This document shows, piece by piece, positions 44,901 through 53,553 of a stretch of DNA of 64,000 nucleotides. The position numbers were made by a program, and so were the translations under genes. Numbering within the stretch: the first letter of the stretch is position 1; the number at the start of each line of letters is the position of its first letter. The stretch covers positions 320,001 through 384,000 of the forward strand of contig CAVZJB010000012.1 of NCBI GenBank assembly GCA_963775425.1, in the 5' to 3' direction. A model generated the notes under the pieces. The model saw nothing but the letters and a program-made list of their open reading frames with translations, searched no databases and was not told the DNA's origin. This DNA comes from an uncultured delta proteobacterium (GTDB lineage Bacteria; Myxococcota; UBA727; VGSZ01).

Positions 44901-45327
44901 CGGTGAGGTCTCCTCCCTGGAGCAGCAGATAGTCGGGCCACATCGCGCCGACGAAGACGCCGGTGCGCGTGGCGGCGACGCGCTCCTGGGGAACGGCGGC
45001 GTCGTCGAGCATCTCCCACGCCACCTCGAGGAGCAGGCGGTGTTGGGGATCCATGTAGTTCGCTTCGCGGGGGGAGACGCGGAAGGCGCGCCAGTCGAAC
45101 CCGTCCAGGCCTTCGAGCAAGCCCGCGCGCATGCCGTCCTTGAACACGGGGATGCCCGAGAGCGCCTCGGGCGCCATGCCCCAGGCGGCCCACCGCTGCG
45201 GCGGCACCGCGCGCACCTCGTCTCGACCCTCGCGCAACAAGCGCCACAGCTCCGCCGGCCCGGCGGCGCCCGGGACTCGGCACCCGATGCCGACGATGGC
45301 GATCGGCTCCGGGCTCGTGTCGCTCAT
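35944..45327 (-). CDS. Hybrid PKS-NRPS: KS-AT-DH-KR-ACP-Cy-A(Cys)-PCP-TE
   Basis: KS DTACASS/HGTGT/GHL; AT GHSMG; DH HPLLG..HRIQG; KR GGLGALG..YAAGN; ACP GLDSL; Cy FPLTDLQQAY..QTPHVLLD; A pocket read by eye as DLYNLSLIWK (Cys); PCP GGQSL; TE GWSSGG. Confidence 0.95.
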   Translation of the reverse strand: MSDTSPEPIAIVGIGCRVPGAAGPAELWRLLREGRDEVRAVPPQRWAAWGMAPEALSGIPVFKDGMRAGLLEGLDGFDWRAFRVSPREANYMDPQHRLLLEVAWEMLDDAAVPQERVAATRTGVFVGAMWPDYLLLQGGDLTALDAYATTTHDAFAAHRVSYFFDFRGPSIAFDTACASSLTAVHYAMQSIWSGECDAAVAAGVHLMLTPSIAIALGKAGVLSPHGRCAVFDRGADGFVPAEGAGAIYLKPLTRARADGDRIYALLRGGAVNAGGHSADWIMAPSPSAQEELLRSAYRRAGVDPAEVDYVELHGTGTARGDPVEAGALGAVMGSGRSARLAVGSVKSNIGHLTAAAGIIGVIKTALALHHAELPASLHFREPSPAISFDALGLELQARHAPWPDRGRPRHAGVTGLGFGGGNAHVVLQEAPAPPKRPAQRVARFVLPLSAATSDALKAMANRTAALLEEPATASALGDLCSTAALRRTRHQHAAAVVGASAAELAASLRGASLHAAARPPRVAFVFPGHGGQWPGMGRELMTGDPAFRQAIEACDRAMSAFLPGSIIDKVFAAAEPDLHDAALVQPAIFAMQVGLVAALRRYGVVPDVVLGHSMGEIAAAHVAGALSLEDACRLICERGAICARIAGKGKMLATELSIDDARRLVAGYAGVVVGAHNGSRSTVLSGDTEAMDAVEEELSRQGVFCRRVDIEFAAHSTQLDPLLDSFLAAVGVVRTAPLTARFLPTAGEMAGREAASSDLDARYWWRNAREPVMFDAAIRPLLADKIDAWVEISGHSVLRPVIARTLREAGNKGAVIAASEREREHAALLELLAALWCLGAPVEWASLYDEPGAVYPLPAYPWQRERCWFDAAPARANRALAGGAAGATQHGDAHPLLGGHVELATPGGAHAFTVDLDKQTVHGDDHRIQGAAVLTGAAYLEMALAAAERALGPGPWSVAELHIRRAFVFPEEATRKLQLLLFAGETEPPRFEIHMQGRRSDEQPWILGAHGQVVRDVVKDAQERVSLDDVRARCREEAVPADVYARLQAVGNHYGPAYRGIELLHLGPGEALAEIRVPHALVAELPRYRFHPAVCDACAHLAVLAGGAPRPFVPVRIGHMRVFERPAVRLWSHARVRPESVRPDSFSVDVRAYDQDGRLALEIEDLELQILESGIAVDAPERLEWLYNLGWEPAPPPVAAERWRARAPGSWIVIGGRDGTGAELSRLLTREGERCLLARTEDATQMETVQALVRTAAQKGPIRGVVLLAALDAARETLGADQRRTITAALHAARALIPEESRSAARLFMVTRGCQAVAADDPISVEQAPLWGFGRSFAFEHPSLWGGLLDLDPDASPTQAATDLLGELRTEDAEDQVAYRDGRRHLARLSRMRVVRRLEKIAPLAQDGTYFITGGLGALGLHSARWLADNGAGHIVLVSRRTPPDRGQWDRVDPQSPAGKQIARIREIESLGAAVTVAAADVGDSAALSAVIERAIAGGARPLRGVIHCAGVGSLRPVAEMTADDYESMARAKVDGAWTLHEATLDQPIDFFVLYSSASSILNSPQLAHYAAGNAFLDALAHHRRALGRPALSVNWGMWKEGGMADDVLDGGQSSPRAMSGMDPAEALVLLEQLVQQGATEALVIPVDWREFGRLYPRAARLPFLSRLTAQAKSAEPLPASPPPASAPTADALVVADAARRPALVAEYLAAHASRILRIPSASLSVDQPLRELGLDSLMGMELRSALEADLSVSVRLANLLSRMTLAQLAEHVLHKLEPASRKETAAVAGEPSAAPASPPSSSSSSSSPQERDGPFPLTDLQQAYWMGQAAHFELGNVFGHFYVEYEFQELDLDRLQRALERVVERHEMLRAVVTDDGMVRVLDEPVRPALAVRDLRHAGAAEVEQALAEVREDMTQRGPRTDRWPLFEWVVVRRPDLSARVHVSFALIAADGESLGTILHEMAALYRDPAAALPPFTLGPRDVRLAIEAQKGTEAYTRDREYWWRRLPTFPSGPELPLEKSLAAVGRPRFGHRTERIEAVAWRRFKTTAAELGLTPTAALATAFAEVIGAWSKSQRFGMNVLVQSRPPFHPEVHRVVGNFSSTLLLDIDLSARDAFVTRARDVQEQLAEAMEHGLVSGVEVVRELNRLHGSARALMPVVFATLLGAEEPFPREWADAWSYGVIQTPHVLLDHQTYERKGALVFNWDMVEEVFPPGVCAKMFRAYADVVGTLAADASAWKRPLSGLTPKEDLDKRRALNRAGTPAPRATLHGLARDAAVKDAAAPAVITADRTLSHGELGARARALSRALRERDARANTMVAVVMEKGWEQVVGALAVLHAGAAYLPIDPGVPPDRLRALLASAEVRVVLTQPRVDQRLVWPPGVERIVVDGAPADDAAAADDASAEGATATPEDLAYVIYTSGSTGRPKGVMITHAGAVNTIVDVNERFHVGPADRVLALAALTFDLSVYDIFGPLAAGGAVVMPEALRQSDPAHWLDLLERHQVTIWNTVPAMMEMLVEHCAGRRALPADLRLVLLSGDWIPVNLPERVRALSDKVEVVSLGGATEASIWSVIHPIGEVDAGATSIPYGVPMRNQTLHVEDQAFEPRPVFVPGQLYIGGAGVALGYWRDDERTAERFVRHPRTGERLYRTGDVARYLPDGTLEFLGRDDQQVKVQGYRIELGEIEAALLQHARVRAAVATVRGKERGPKSIAAYVVGDKGAPPSPGELRALLLSKLPEYMVPQSFGVLDALPLGPNGKVDRRLLPDTTAPATPRKRTAPRNALEERLAEIWRSVLEVETIGVEDNFFELGGQSLMAVRLVARVRAAFGRELPVSTVLTGGGTIAEMAKLLEDGGGARRSPLVAIQPRGDRTPLFFVHPAGGGVLCYAELARGLGTDRPFYGLECPGVHPGAAPLSLTEAVEAYLAAVRSVRAHGPYALGGWSSGGVIAVEMAERLIRAGESVPLVALIDTWAPGAAPALDDGALTEAFLRDLAGGRSAPGGAGGAGASGASAERALRTGFERARAAGLVPPEMDVEQALHLFGVYRSNAVGARAHRLEPARAPLALFRAARPLFKDADASLGWAPVAARIDVVDVPADHFTLLTPPAVSGVARALATMIDGITRG

Positions 45328-46922
45328 CGCGCCCCGGCCGCGGTGGGGGCCTCACCGCTCGGGGGAGGCTTGATCGTCCGGAGCAGGTCCGCGGCCATCT
45401 GCCCCCCGTCGGCGGGAGCGGCCTCCACGAACAACACCGCCGACAGCTCCTCGAGCTTCTCGAAGGCCCACGCGAGGTGAGCGAGGTGGTCCGCCGGCCG
45501 CCGTTGTCCGTCGAGGGCGAGGTAGATGTCGATGAGCGAGCGCAGGGGGTTGAGGGGGTGAAAGCCGCGCCAGCTCCGCGTCGATGCGCCAGGCGCACGC
45601 GCGACGATCTCATCCTGCACTCTCCGGTTGAGCGCGCGGGTCCGCTCGAACAATGCGTCCATCTCCGGGATGACGGCGTCGAACTCGAGCGTGGAGTGGC
45701 ACAGCGGGGACGCGACGTAGCTCCAGTACAGCGCCGCGTCCCAGACGATCTTTCGCAGCGTCAGGTCCGGTGAGCCGAACACCGCGTACCGGCCCGCGTA
45801 CATATCGGTGATCATCGTCGCCGTGCGGAGGAACAAGCGGTTGTACGCGTCGACGGTGGGCTCGTCGGCCGGGTGCCCCTCTGCGTCGCACTGGATGATC
45901 CTCGTCGTGATGGTGTTTGCCCACGCGATGAGATCGGAGCCGATGCTGTAGAGCGGGTCGGTGAACAGCGCGGCCTCACCCACGCACGCCCAGCGGTCCA
46001 CGGAGAATGCCTGCCGTGTCAGGTGCGCGATGGAGCGGAGCACCCGATAGTCCAACGGCGTTCCGCGCGTGAGCCACGCCGCGAGCGGAGGCTGCTTCAC
46101 GGCGAGCCAGCGCCTCGCGTCGTCGAATGACGTTCGTTCGCGGATCGGGTGCAACGATTCATCGGCGACGATTCCCACACTGGTGTTGCCCGTGGCGAGG
46201 GGGATCACCCAAATCCAATACCCCGGCCCCATGATGTGATTGGTCGAAAGACGTCGATCGCCGCCGGGCGTGCGCGCGTGCCACCGCGCATCGGATGCGG
46301 GAACCAGCTCGGCGACGTCGAGCGGCTCGGGGACGCGCCACCAGCACGCGTTCGCGTGGTGGGGCGAGGGCACCTGCAAGCCGAGCTTGCGGGCAAGGAG
46401 CCGGCTCCTGCCGGTGGCATCGACGACCCACCGCGTGGTCACGCTGCGCTCTTCGCCGTCGACCTCGAAGCGGACGCGATGCGGATCTCCGAGCTCCACA
46501 TCGATGATGCGCGCCTGGATGAGCTCGATCCCGTCGCCAACGCACATCTCGCGCAGATCGTTTTCGAGGCGCCCCCGATCGAGCTGATGTGCGGGGATCG
46601 GGAGCTCGTCGCCGGTTCCCTGCTCGACGCGCTCCGCCAGCGGCGTCCCGCCCGCGCCGAGGAAGAAACGCAGTCCGAACTTCTTCAGGTGCCGTTCGTC
46701 GAGGTACGCGCCGAGGCCGAGGGTCTGCGTGAGGTACGCGGACGCGCCCTCGACGGTGGACTCGCCCACCTTGTGGGCGGCGTCGGGGAGGGGGCCGATC
46801 TCCCGCTCGATGACGGCCACCGACACCGTCGGCACCCAGCGGCGCAGTTGCCGCGCCAGCGTCAACCCCGCCAGCCCGCCACCGCACACGACGACATCCC
46901 AGTCCTGCGACCAACGTCCCAT
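45324..46922 (-). CDS. Flavin-dependent halogenase
   Basis: GGGLAG FAD motif, KVGES, KKFG (candidate catalytic Lys), WIWVIP (WxWxIP), DPLYSIG. Confidence 0.8.
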   Translation of the reverse strand: MGRWSQDWDVVVCGGGLAGLTLARQLRRWVPTVSVAVIEREIGPLPDAAHKVGESTVEGASAYLTQTLGLGAYLDERHLKKFGLRFFLGAGGTPLAERVEQGTGDELPIPAHQLDRGRLENDLREMCVGDGIELIQARIIDVELGDPHRVRFEVDGEERSVTTRWVVDATGRSRLLARKLGLQVPSPHHANACWWRVPEPLDVAELVPASDARWHARTPGGDRRLSTNHIMGPGYWIWVIPLATGNTSVGIVADESLHPIRERTSFDDARRWLAVKQPPLAAWLTRGTPLDYRVLRSIAHLTRQAFSVDRWACVGEAALFTDPLYSIGSDLIAWANTITTRIIQCDAEGHPADEPTVDAYNRLFLRTATMITDMYAGRYAVFGSPDLTLRKIVWDAALYWSYVASPLCHSTLEFDAVIPEMDALFERTRALNRRVQDEIVARAPGASTRSWRGFHPLNPLRSLIDIYLALDGQRRPADHLAHLAWAFEKLEELSAVLFVEAAPADGGQMAADLLRTIKPPPSGEAPTAAGAR

Positions 46923-47056
46923 CGCTTCGTTCCCTCGTTCGCGGACGACGGCGGAGGGATCGAGCCTACGCGACGGCTTTCGCGTCCGGCAAATGCGCGC
47001 CGGTCGCGCGCACACCCCGGGTCATGTCGCTCGCCGTCGCGTGTTACGATGAGGCG

Positions 47057-50000
47057 ATGACGGTGTCGTCCGCGTCCTCGATGTCGGCACCCAAGCGGAT
47101 CGGCCGCTACGACGTCGGGCCGGAGCTCGGTCGCGGCGCCACCAGCGTCGTGTACCGCGTCACCCGCGACGGCCGCGCCTACGCGCTCAAGATGATGGCG
47201 CCGGACATCGACCCGCACGCGGCGGTGCACATCGAGCTGCAGTTCCGGCGCGAGGCGACGACGCTGGCGAGGCTCCATCACCCCGTGCTGATCGAAGCGG
47301 TCGAGATGGGCGAGACGGGCGGCGTGCCCTACTTCGCGATGGAGCTCGCGGAGGGGGAGGCGCTGGACGTGGTGCTCGGCCGTCGCGCGCTCGGCGAGGA
47401 CGAGGCGATAGAGCTCGGCAGGGCGTTGGCGGGCGCGCTCGACGAGATCCATCGCCATGGGCTCGTTCACCGTGACGTCAAGCCGGCCAACGTCGTGCTC
47501 GGCCCGCAGGGCCGGGTGAAGCTCCTCGACTTCGGCTTCGCCGCCGGCGTGACGGAGGAGCGCCCGCTCGAGAGCGACGCGATCGTCGGCACGCTCTTGT
47601 ATGCGCCGCCGGAGCAACTGGGCGTGATCAAGCGCGGCATCGACGGGCGCGCGGATCTGTACGCGCTCGGCGCGACGCTCTACGAATGTCTGACCGGGTC
47701 ACCACCGTTTCAGGCGGGGTCGGTCAGCGAGCTCCTGCAAGCGCTCGCGACGCAGCCGCCCCCGGACGTCCGCGCGGCGAAGCCGGGCGTGCGCGCGAGC
47801 CTGGCGGCGGTGATCGCCCGCCTGCTCGCCAAAGATCCCGACGACCGATACCAGAGCGCGGCGGGGCTGTTGTGGGACCTCGACCACCTCGCGCGTCTGG
47901 AGGACAACCACGCCGCGCTCGGCAGCCACGACGCGCCGGTCCTGCTCACGCAGGAGGTGGCGCTCGTCGGACGCGACGCGGCGCTTGCGCAAATGCGCCG
48001 GCTCTGGTCCGAGGCGTCGGGCGGCCGCTTGACCTTCGCCCAGGTCGAGGGGGAGGGCGGGCTCGGCAAGAGCCGCCTCGTGCGCGAGATCCTCAAGGCG
48101 GCGCGCGGCGAATCCGCGCTCGTGCTCGCGGGCAAGTGCCAGGAGCTGGCGGCGGTCCCGTACGGCGCACTCCGAGAGGCGTGCGACGACTTCGCCGCCA
48201 GGATCGGCCGGATGGAGCCGGCGGCGCGCGAGGCGTGGACGAGCCGCGTGGTGCGCGCGGCGGGCGACGCCGCAGGGTATTTGAAGCGCCTCTCGAACGG
48301 GCTTTCGCAGTTGCTCGGCGACGCCGCGGAGCCGAAGGCCGCGAGCCCGGAAGCGGAGCAGCGGGCGTTCCACGAGGCGCTGCTCCGGTTCTTCGTCAAC
48401 CTCTCGATCGACAGCGGCGCCGCCGTCCTCGTGATCGACGACGTTCAGTGGATCGACGGCGGGTCTCGGGAGGTCCTCCACCTGATGGCGAGCCTGGATG
48501 AGCCGGCGCCGCTGTTGGTGGCCACCACGGCGCGCAGTGACCCCCAGAGCGACGAGGCTCGTCAGGCATTCGTCGATGCGGTCGGCGCGAAGCGCTTGAG
48601 CCGCATCGCGCTCGAGCCGCTCGATCGCGAGTCCGTCGGTCGCTTGATCGCAGCGTTCCTCGGGGGCCGCGCGCTCGACGACTCCGTCGTGGGTCGCGTC
48701 GCGCAGATCACGCGCGGGAACCCTTTCGCCATCGGTGAGTACGCGCGCGTGCTGCTCGAGCAAGGGCTCGTGCGGCCCGCCGGCGCGACGTGGGTGCTCC
48801 TGCCCGAGGCGCTCTCCGAGGAGGTGTTGCCCCGAGACGTCATCCATCTCGTGGTGAAGCGCTTCGACTCGCTGAGCGCCGATGCGCGACGGCTCGTCAG
48901 CGCGGCCGCGTTGCTGGGCATGCGCTTCGAGACCACCACGCTCGCGGAGGCGGTGGGCACGCCTGCGGATCGCGCGCAAACGCTGCTCAAGGAGGCCGAG
49001 CGCGCGACCCTCGTGGAGAGCGTCGAGCAGGAGAGCTACGCCTTCGTACACGATCGTGTGCGGGAGGCGGCGTCGCAGCGGCTCACCGACGACGAGGCCC
49101 GCGAGGTGCACCAGGCGATCGCCGACGTGCTGGATCGCCGCCGCGACGGGTCCGTGGAGCACGTGTACGCGCTCGCGAGGCACTACGCCCGCGGGCTCAC
49201 GGATCGACACGCGCAGCGCGTGTGCGAGACCAACCTCGAAGCGAGCCAGCACGCCTTGCGCAACGGCGCCTACGAGAGCGCCTACCAGATGGCGAGGACG
49301 GCGTTGGAGGCCTCGCGCACGGCCGGCGTCTATGAGCGACACGCGATGGCGATCTGTGAAGCGCTGGCGCGGGCTTGCACCTACACGGGTCGCCTCAAGG
49401 ACTCGTTCGGCTACATCGAGGAGGCGATCCGATTTGCGTCGGATCGTGAGGATCAATTTCAGGTTGCAATATCTGCTCGCGCTGACGGAGAGCAGCGAGG
49501 GACGCCGCGGCATCGACGCCTTGCTCAAGATCTTCGACATCGCCCGCAAGCCGTACCCGCGCTCGGCGGTGGCGCAGGGCCTCACGATGCTCTTCGCGTG
49601 GATCGCGGCGATCTTCCTGAAGTGGACCGGCATCGGCTACGGCAGCGCCAAGGGCAGCGCGCGCCGGCAGCGGCAGATCATCTCTCAGGCACACACGGCC
49701 GGGACGATGCTCGCGCTCGTCGACGGCAATCCCTTCCTGATGATGCAGTTCGTCTTCCGGGATCTCTTGAACGGACACTTCCTCGGCGCCACCGAGGAGA
49801 CCGCTGTCGCCTACTGCGCCTACGGCGCGTCCATGGCGCAGCTCGGGCTCCGCGGCACCTTCCGGCACTACACCGAGCGCGGCACGCGGATCGCCGAGCA
49901 GTTGGGCAACCCCGGGGTCGTGGGCATCTGTCGAATGTGGCGGGCCTACGGAACCGAGTGGCTGGGCGACGCGCATCGAGGCGGCGAGCTGATGTCGCAA

Positions 50001-52148
50001 GCGATCGACGACCTGCTCCGTCACCTGCCCGGGAGCTGGCAGCTCCTGTTTGCGTGCATCGGCCGCACGGGTCCCGCGCTGATCCTGGGGCGCACGCGAC
50101 GGATCATCGACCACGTCCAGACGCGCCTCCCCGACGTCGACAAGACCAGCAACTACAATTGGATGAGCACGCTGCGCTGCTTCCTGTACCAGCACCTGCG
50201 GCTCCAGGGCCGCACGGGCGAGGCCGCAGAGGCGCTCAAGGGATACCAGCAGATCAAGGCGAAGGTCCCGCCGCCGCTGCCGCAGTACATGGCGGCGCAG
50301 TGGAGCTGGAATGAGATCCCCGTCTTGCTCGACGAGGAGGAGCTCGGCCCGCCGCTCGAGAAGCTGATCGACGAGCACTACGCGCTCGGGTCGCCGCTCG
50401 ACTACTACAACATCATTCTCGACTGGAACATCGCGTACGCGCGCCTCGAGCAATTCCGGCGCGCTCGCGGCACCGGCGGCGAGCGCGCGGCGCGACGGAA
50501 GCTCGTCAAGGCGCTCGCTCGTCTTCGCAGCGCGGCGCTGCCGTCCGCGCGGGTGCCTGCGAGCCGGTGTCATCTGAAGATCGTCTCGGCGGGCTTCGCC
50601 ACGCTCGAAGGCAAGCTCAAGCGCGCGGCGGCGCTCCTCGACGACGCGGACCGCCTCGTGAAGGCCTGCCGGAGCTTGATCGGGGAGTACTACCTCTCCG
50701 TGGAGCGCGCTCGCTGGGCGCGCGCGTACGGCGCGGCGACGGCGCGGGGGCACGCGCTGCAAGCCGTCGAGGTGGCGCAGGGCCAAGGCTGGGTGAACCG
50801 GGCGCGGAGGGTCCGCGAAGAGTTCGGCCTCGACGACGGAGCGCGAGCGCCGGAGCGGTCGCTCGGTGCGCTCACGCGCGCGACACCGGTGGGCTCGCTG
50901 ACGCGCGGCGACCTCGGCTACCTCGACGCGCTGCTCAAGGTGAGCATCGCCTCGGTGTCGACGTTGGACCCGGGGGCGCAGGCGGAAGCTGCGTTGAAGG
51001 AACTGGTCTCGGTGCTCCACGCCGAGCGGGCGATGTTCTTCCTCGCCGACGCGGAAAAGGGCGGGCTTCGCCTCCTGGCCATGCATGGTGTGTCCGGAAC
51101 GGAGGCTGCCGACCTCGAAGGCCACAGCTCGACCGTGGTCAACCACGTCTTCGAGGATCGGCAGGCGCTCGTCGTGAACGGGAGCGAGCAGGGGGAGAGC
51201 CTCGGCTCGCGGAGCGCGGTCGCGTTGGGCCTGCGCAGCATCATCGCGGCCCCGCTGTTGCTGCGCGACAAGTGCATCGGCGTCGTCTACCTGGATACCC
51301 GGCTGGTGAAGGGGCTGTTCACGGAGGGCGACATCCCCATCCTCCTCGGCATCGGCAACCACATCGCGATCGCCGTCGAGACCGCGCGGGCCGCCCAGGT
51401 GGAGGCGGAGCGCAAGGCGCTGCAGAAGGACCTCGCGCTCACGGGCGCGGTCCAGGCCCTCCTGCTGCCGCGCTCGACGACGTTCGATGCGCCCGGCCTC
51501 CGCGGGAGCGCCCTGTATCGGCCCGCCACGCAGTGCGGCGGCGACTGGTGGTGGCAGGATCCGCAACGCGGCGGCGCCCTGGTCATCGTCGGGGACGTCA
51601 CGGGCCACGGCGCCCCCTCGGCGATGATCACGGCCGCGGTGGCCGGCAGCTACCACACGGTCCGGGCGATGAAGGAGTCCGCCGGCGCCGGCGAGGTGTT
51701 GGCCGAGCTCAACCGGCAGATCCTGAGCATGGGCAACTCGTATCAGATGTCGATGTGCGCGGTCCGCGTCGACGTCGCCGCGGGCGAGGTGACCTGGTGG
51801 AACGCCGGCGGACCGCCGCTGTTCGTCTGGCGACGCGACGCCGAGAAGGTCGAGAGTCTGCTCACGCCCGGGAACCCGCTGGGGACGGACTCACAGCTCG
51901 TGCTCGGAGAGGGGCGCGCCGCGTTTCATCAGGGAGATCGGCTGCTGGTGTGCACCGACGGGATCTTCGAGCAGCCCATGGCCAACGGGCGTCCCCTCGG
52001 CTTCCGGAACTTGACCAAGCTGCTGCGCGAGACCGCGTCGCTCGAGGCCGCGGAGGCGCGAGCGACGATGGGCGAGCGAATCACGGCCATGACCTCCGGC
52101 CGCGTGCAGGAGGACGACATGACCCTCGTGCTCCTCGACCGCGTTTAG
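47057..52148 (+). pseudogene. Ser/Thr kinase-AAA ATPase-helical-GAF-PP2C (SpoIIE) protein split by a +1 frameshift at ~49457-49460
   Basis: Frame 1: HRDVKPAN, DFG, GEGGLGKS, IDDVQW. Frame 2: RSIIAAPL..GVVYLD, GGDWW, GDVTGHG, CTDG, QEDDMT. Junction GAT CAA TTT C AGG TTG. May be a sequencing error. Confidence 0.85.
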
Positions 52149-52597
52149 CTTCGCACCCGCAGGAACGCCAGGTAGCTCGACGGCACGTCGTCGAACTCCA
52201 TGTGCGCGCCACACTTCGGGCACAGACGCTCGGCGGCGAGCTGCGCGTCGACGTCCGCGGCGAGCTCCACGAGCGTCGTGGCGGAGGCGTCGCACTCCGG
52301 GCACAGGAAAGGCGCGTGGATGGACGTCACCTCGGCGTCGCCGCCGAAGCGGGCGATCATGTTGAGCTGGTGCACGATGGGCACCGAGCACGCGGACAGC
52401 TTCAGGCTCCTCCCCTGCAAACGACCGATGAACGCGAGCCACATGCGGACGCCGACGGAGTTCACGCGCTCGACGCCGGACAGGTCGAGGACCGCGCCGT
52501 CCTGAAGCTCGTCGGCGAGCGGGTCGAGCATGCACTTCTCGTCGATGTCGCCCCGGAGCGCGACGCCGTCTCGCGTGGCGGTCCACTCAAGCTGCAT
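52145..52597 (-). CDS. STAS-like anti-anti-sigma protein with C-terminal Zn ribbon
   Basis: LRGDIDE, LDLSGVERVNSVGVRMW, CPEC...CPKC. Confidence 0.8.
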   Translation of the reverse strand: MQLEWTATRDGVALRGDIDEKCMLDPLADELQDGAVLDLSGVERVNSVGVRMWLAFIGRLQGRSLKLSACSVPIVHQLNMIARFGGDAEVTSIHAPFLCPECDASATTLVELAADVDAQLAAERLCPKCGAHMEFDDVPSSYLAFLRVRS

Positions 52598-52599
52598 CC

Positions 52600-53553
52600 T
52601 CAGAACCCCTGATAAAAGATGTTGAACGACTTGGAGCGTACCGCGAAGTCGCGGTAACTGCCCTTCATGTCGATGATGCCAATCATCTCCGTCTGCTTCC
52701 CGGGCGCGAGGTTGATGATGAAATGCGAGAGCGCGTCGAAGATGTAGTAGAGCCCGAGGCCGGCGCCTCCCGCCTTGGTGTCCACTTGATCCTCGCCCTG
52801 GCGCATGCACTTGGCGAGGTAGTCGAGCACCGTCGTGATCTTCAGCGTGCCGAAGGGATCGGACGCGGAGATCCCGAGCCTGCGCCCGTCGCAGCAGAAC
52901 TTGATGTCGACGACCTCGTGGGGCTCGAGCCCGACGGGCTCCGTCCTCGGCTTTGCCGCGTGCCGGCGGTTCCCGTTGCCGTCGACGGGGGCGTTGTAGA
53001 CGGCGTTGGTGACGAACTCGTCGGCGACGGTGCAGAAGTGGGAGATGAAGCGCTCCTGCACGCCGATGTCACGGGCGTACTCCTCCGCCGCCGCCACGAT
53101 CTCGTCCTTCTGTGTGGACGAGGTCACCTGCATCCCCTTCGGCGCGACGCCCCAGATGAAGTACTTCTCGATGCCGAAGATGTCGCCGTCGAGGATCTTC
53201 CTCGTGGTGACGATGAGCTCCTCGGGATCGACCTCTTCGTTGTTCCTCGCCACCAGGTTGGTGAGAGAGTGGGTGCCGAAGAGCTGCACGAACTCGTCGC
53301 GCTTGCCGCCCTCCGAGAACAGCAGGAGCCGCGTGCGCGTCCGGGCTCCCGAGAAGCGCTCGCGCAGGACATCGCGATCTTCGCTCGTGAGCGTGTCGTA
53401 GTTGACCGCGACGAGCCCGACCTGGCCGTCGGGGGGGAGCTCCCCGAGCTCGTCGCGGGCTTCGACGCAGCCGACGATCGCCTTCAACGTTCTCGTCAGC
53501 ACCCTGCGGTGCTTCTGGTTTCCTTCGACGACCAGGACGCTGCCACGAGTCAT
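52600..53553 (-). CDS. Receiver-like + HATPase (anti-sigma-type kinase) protein
   Basis: N-terminal VLVVEG receiver-like fold; EFVTNAVYNA (N box), DPFG, GGAGLGL (G2 box); no obvious His phosphoacceptor domain. Confidence 0.75.
   Translation of the reverse strand: MTRGSVLVVEGNQKHRRVLTRTLKAIVGCVEARDELGELPPDGQVGLVAVNYDTLTSEDRDVLRERFSGARTRTRLLLFSEGGKRDEFVQLFGTHSLTNLVARNNEEVDPEELIVTTRKILDGDIFGIEKYFIWGVAPKGMQVTSSTQKDEIVAAAEEYARDIGVQERFISHFCTVADEFVTNAVYNAPVDGNGNRRHAAKPRTEPVGLEPHEVVDIKFCCDGRRLGISASDPFGTLKITTVLDYLAKCMRQGEDQVDTKAGGAGLGLYYIFDALSHFIINLAPGKQTEMIGIIDMKGSYRDFAVRSKSFNIFYQGF

Noticed and set aside
49461-50314. Tail of ORF 47024..50314, and likewise the head of 48882..52148
   Set aside because: Out-of-frame read-through on either side of the frameshift; low-complexity sequence.
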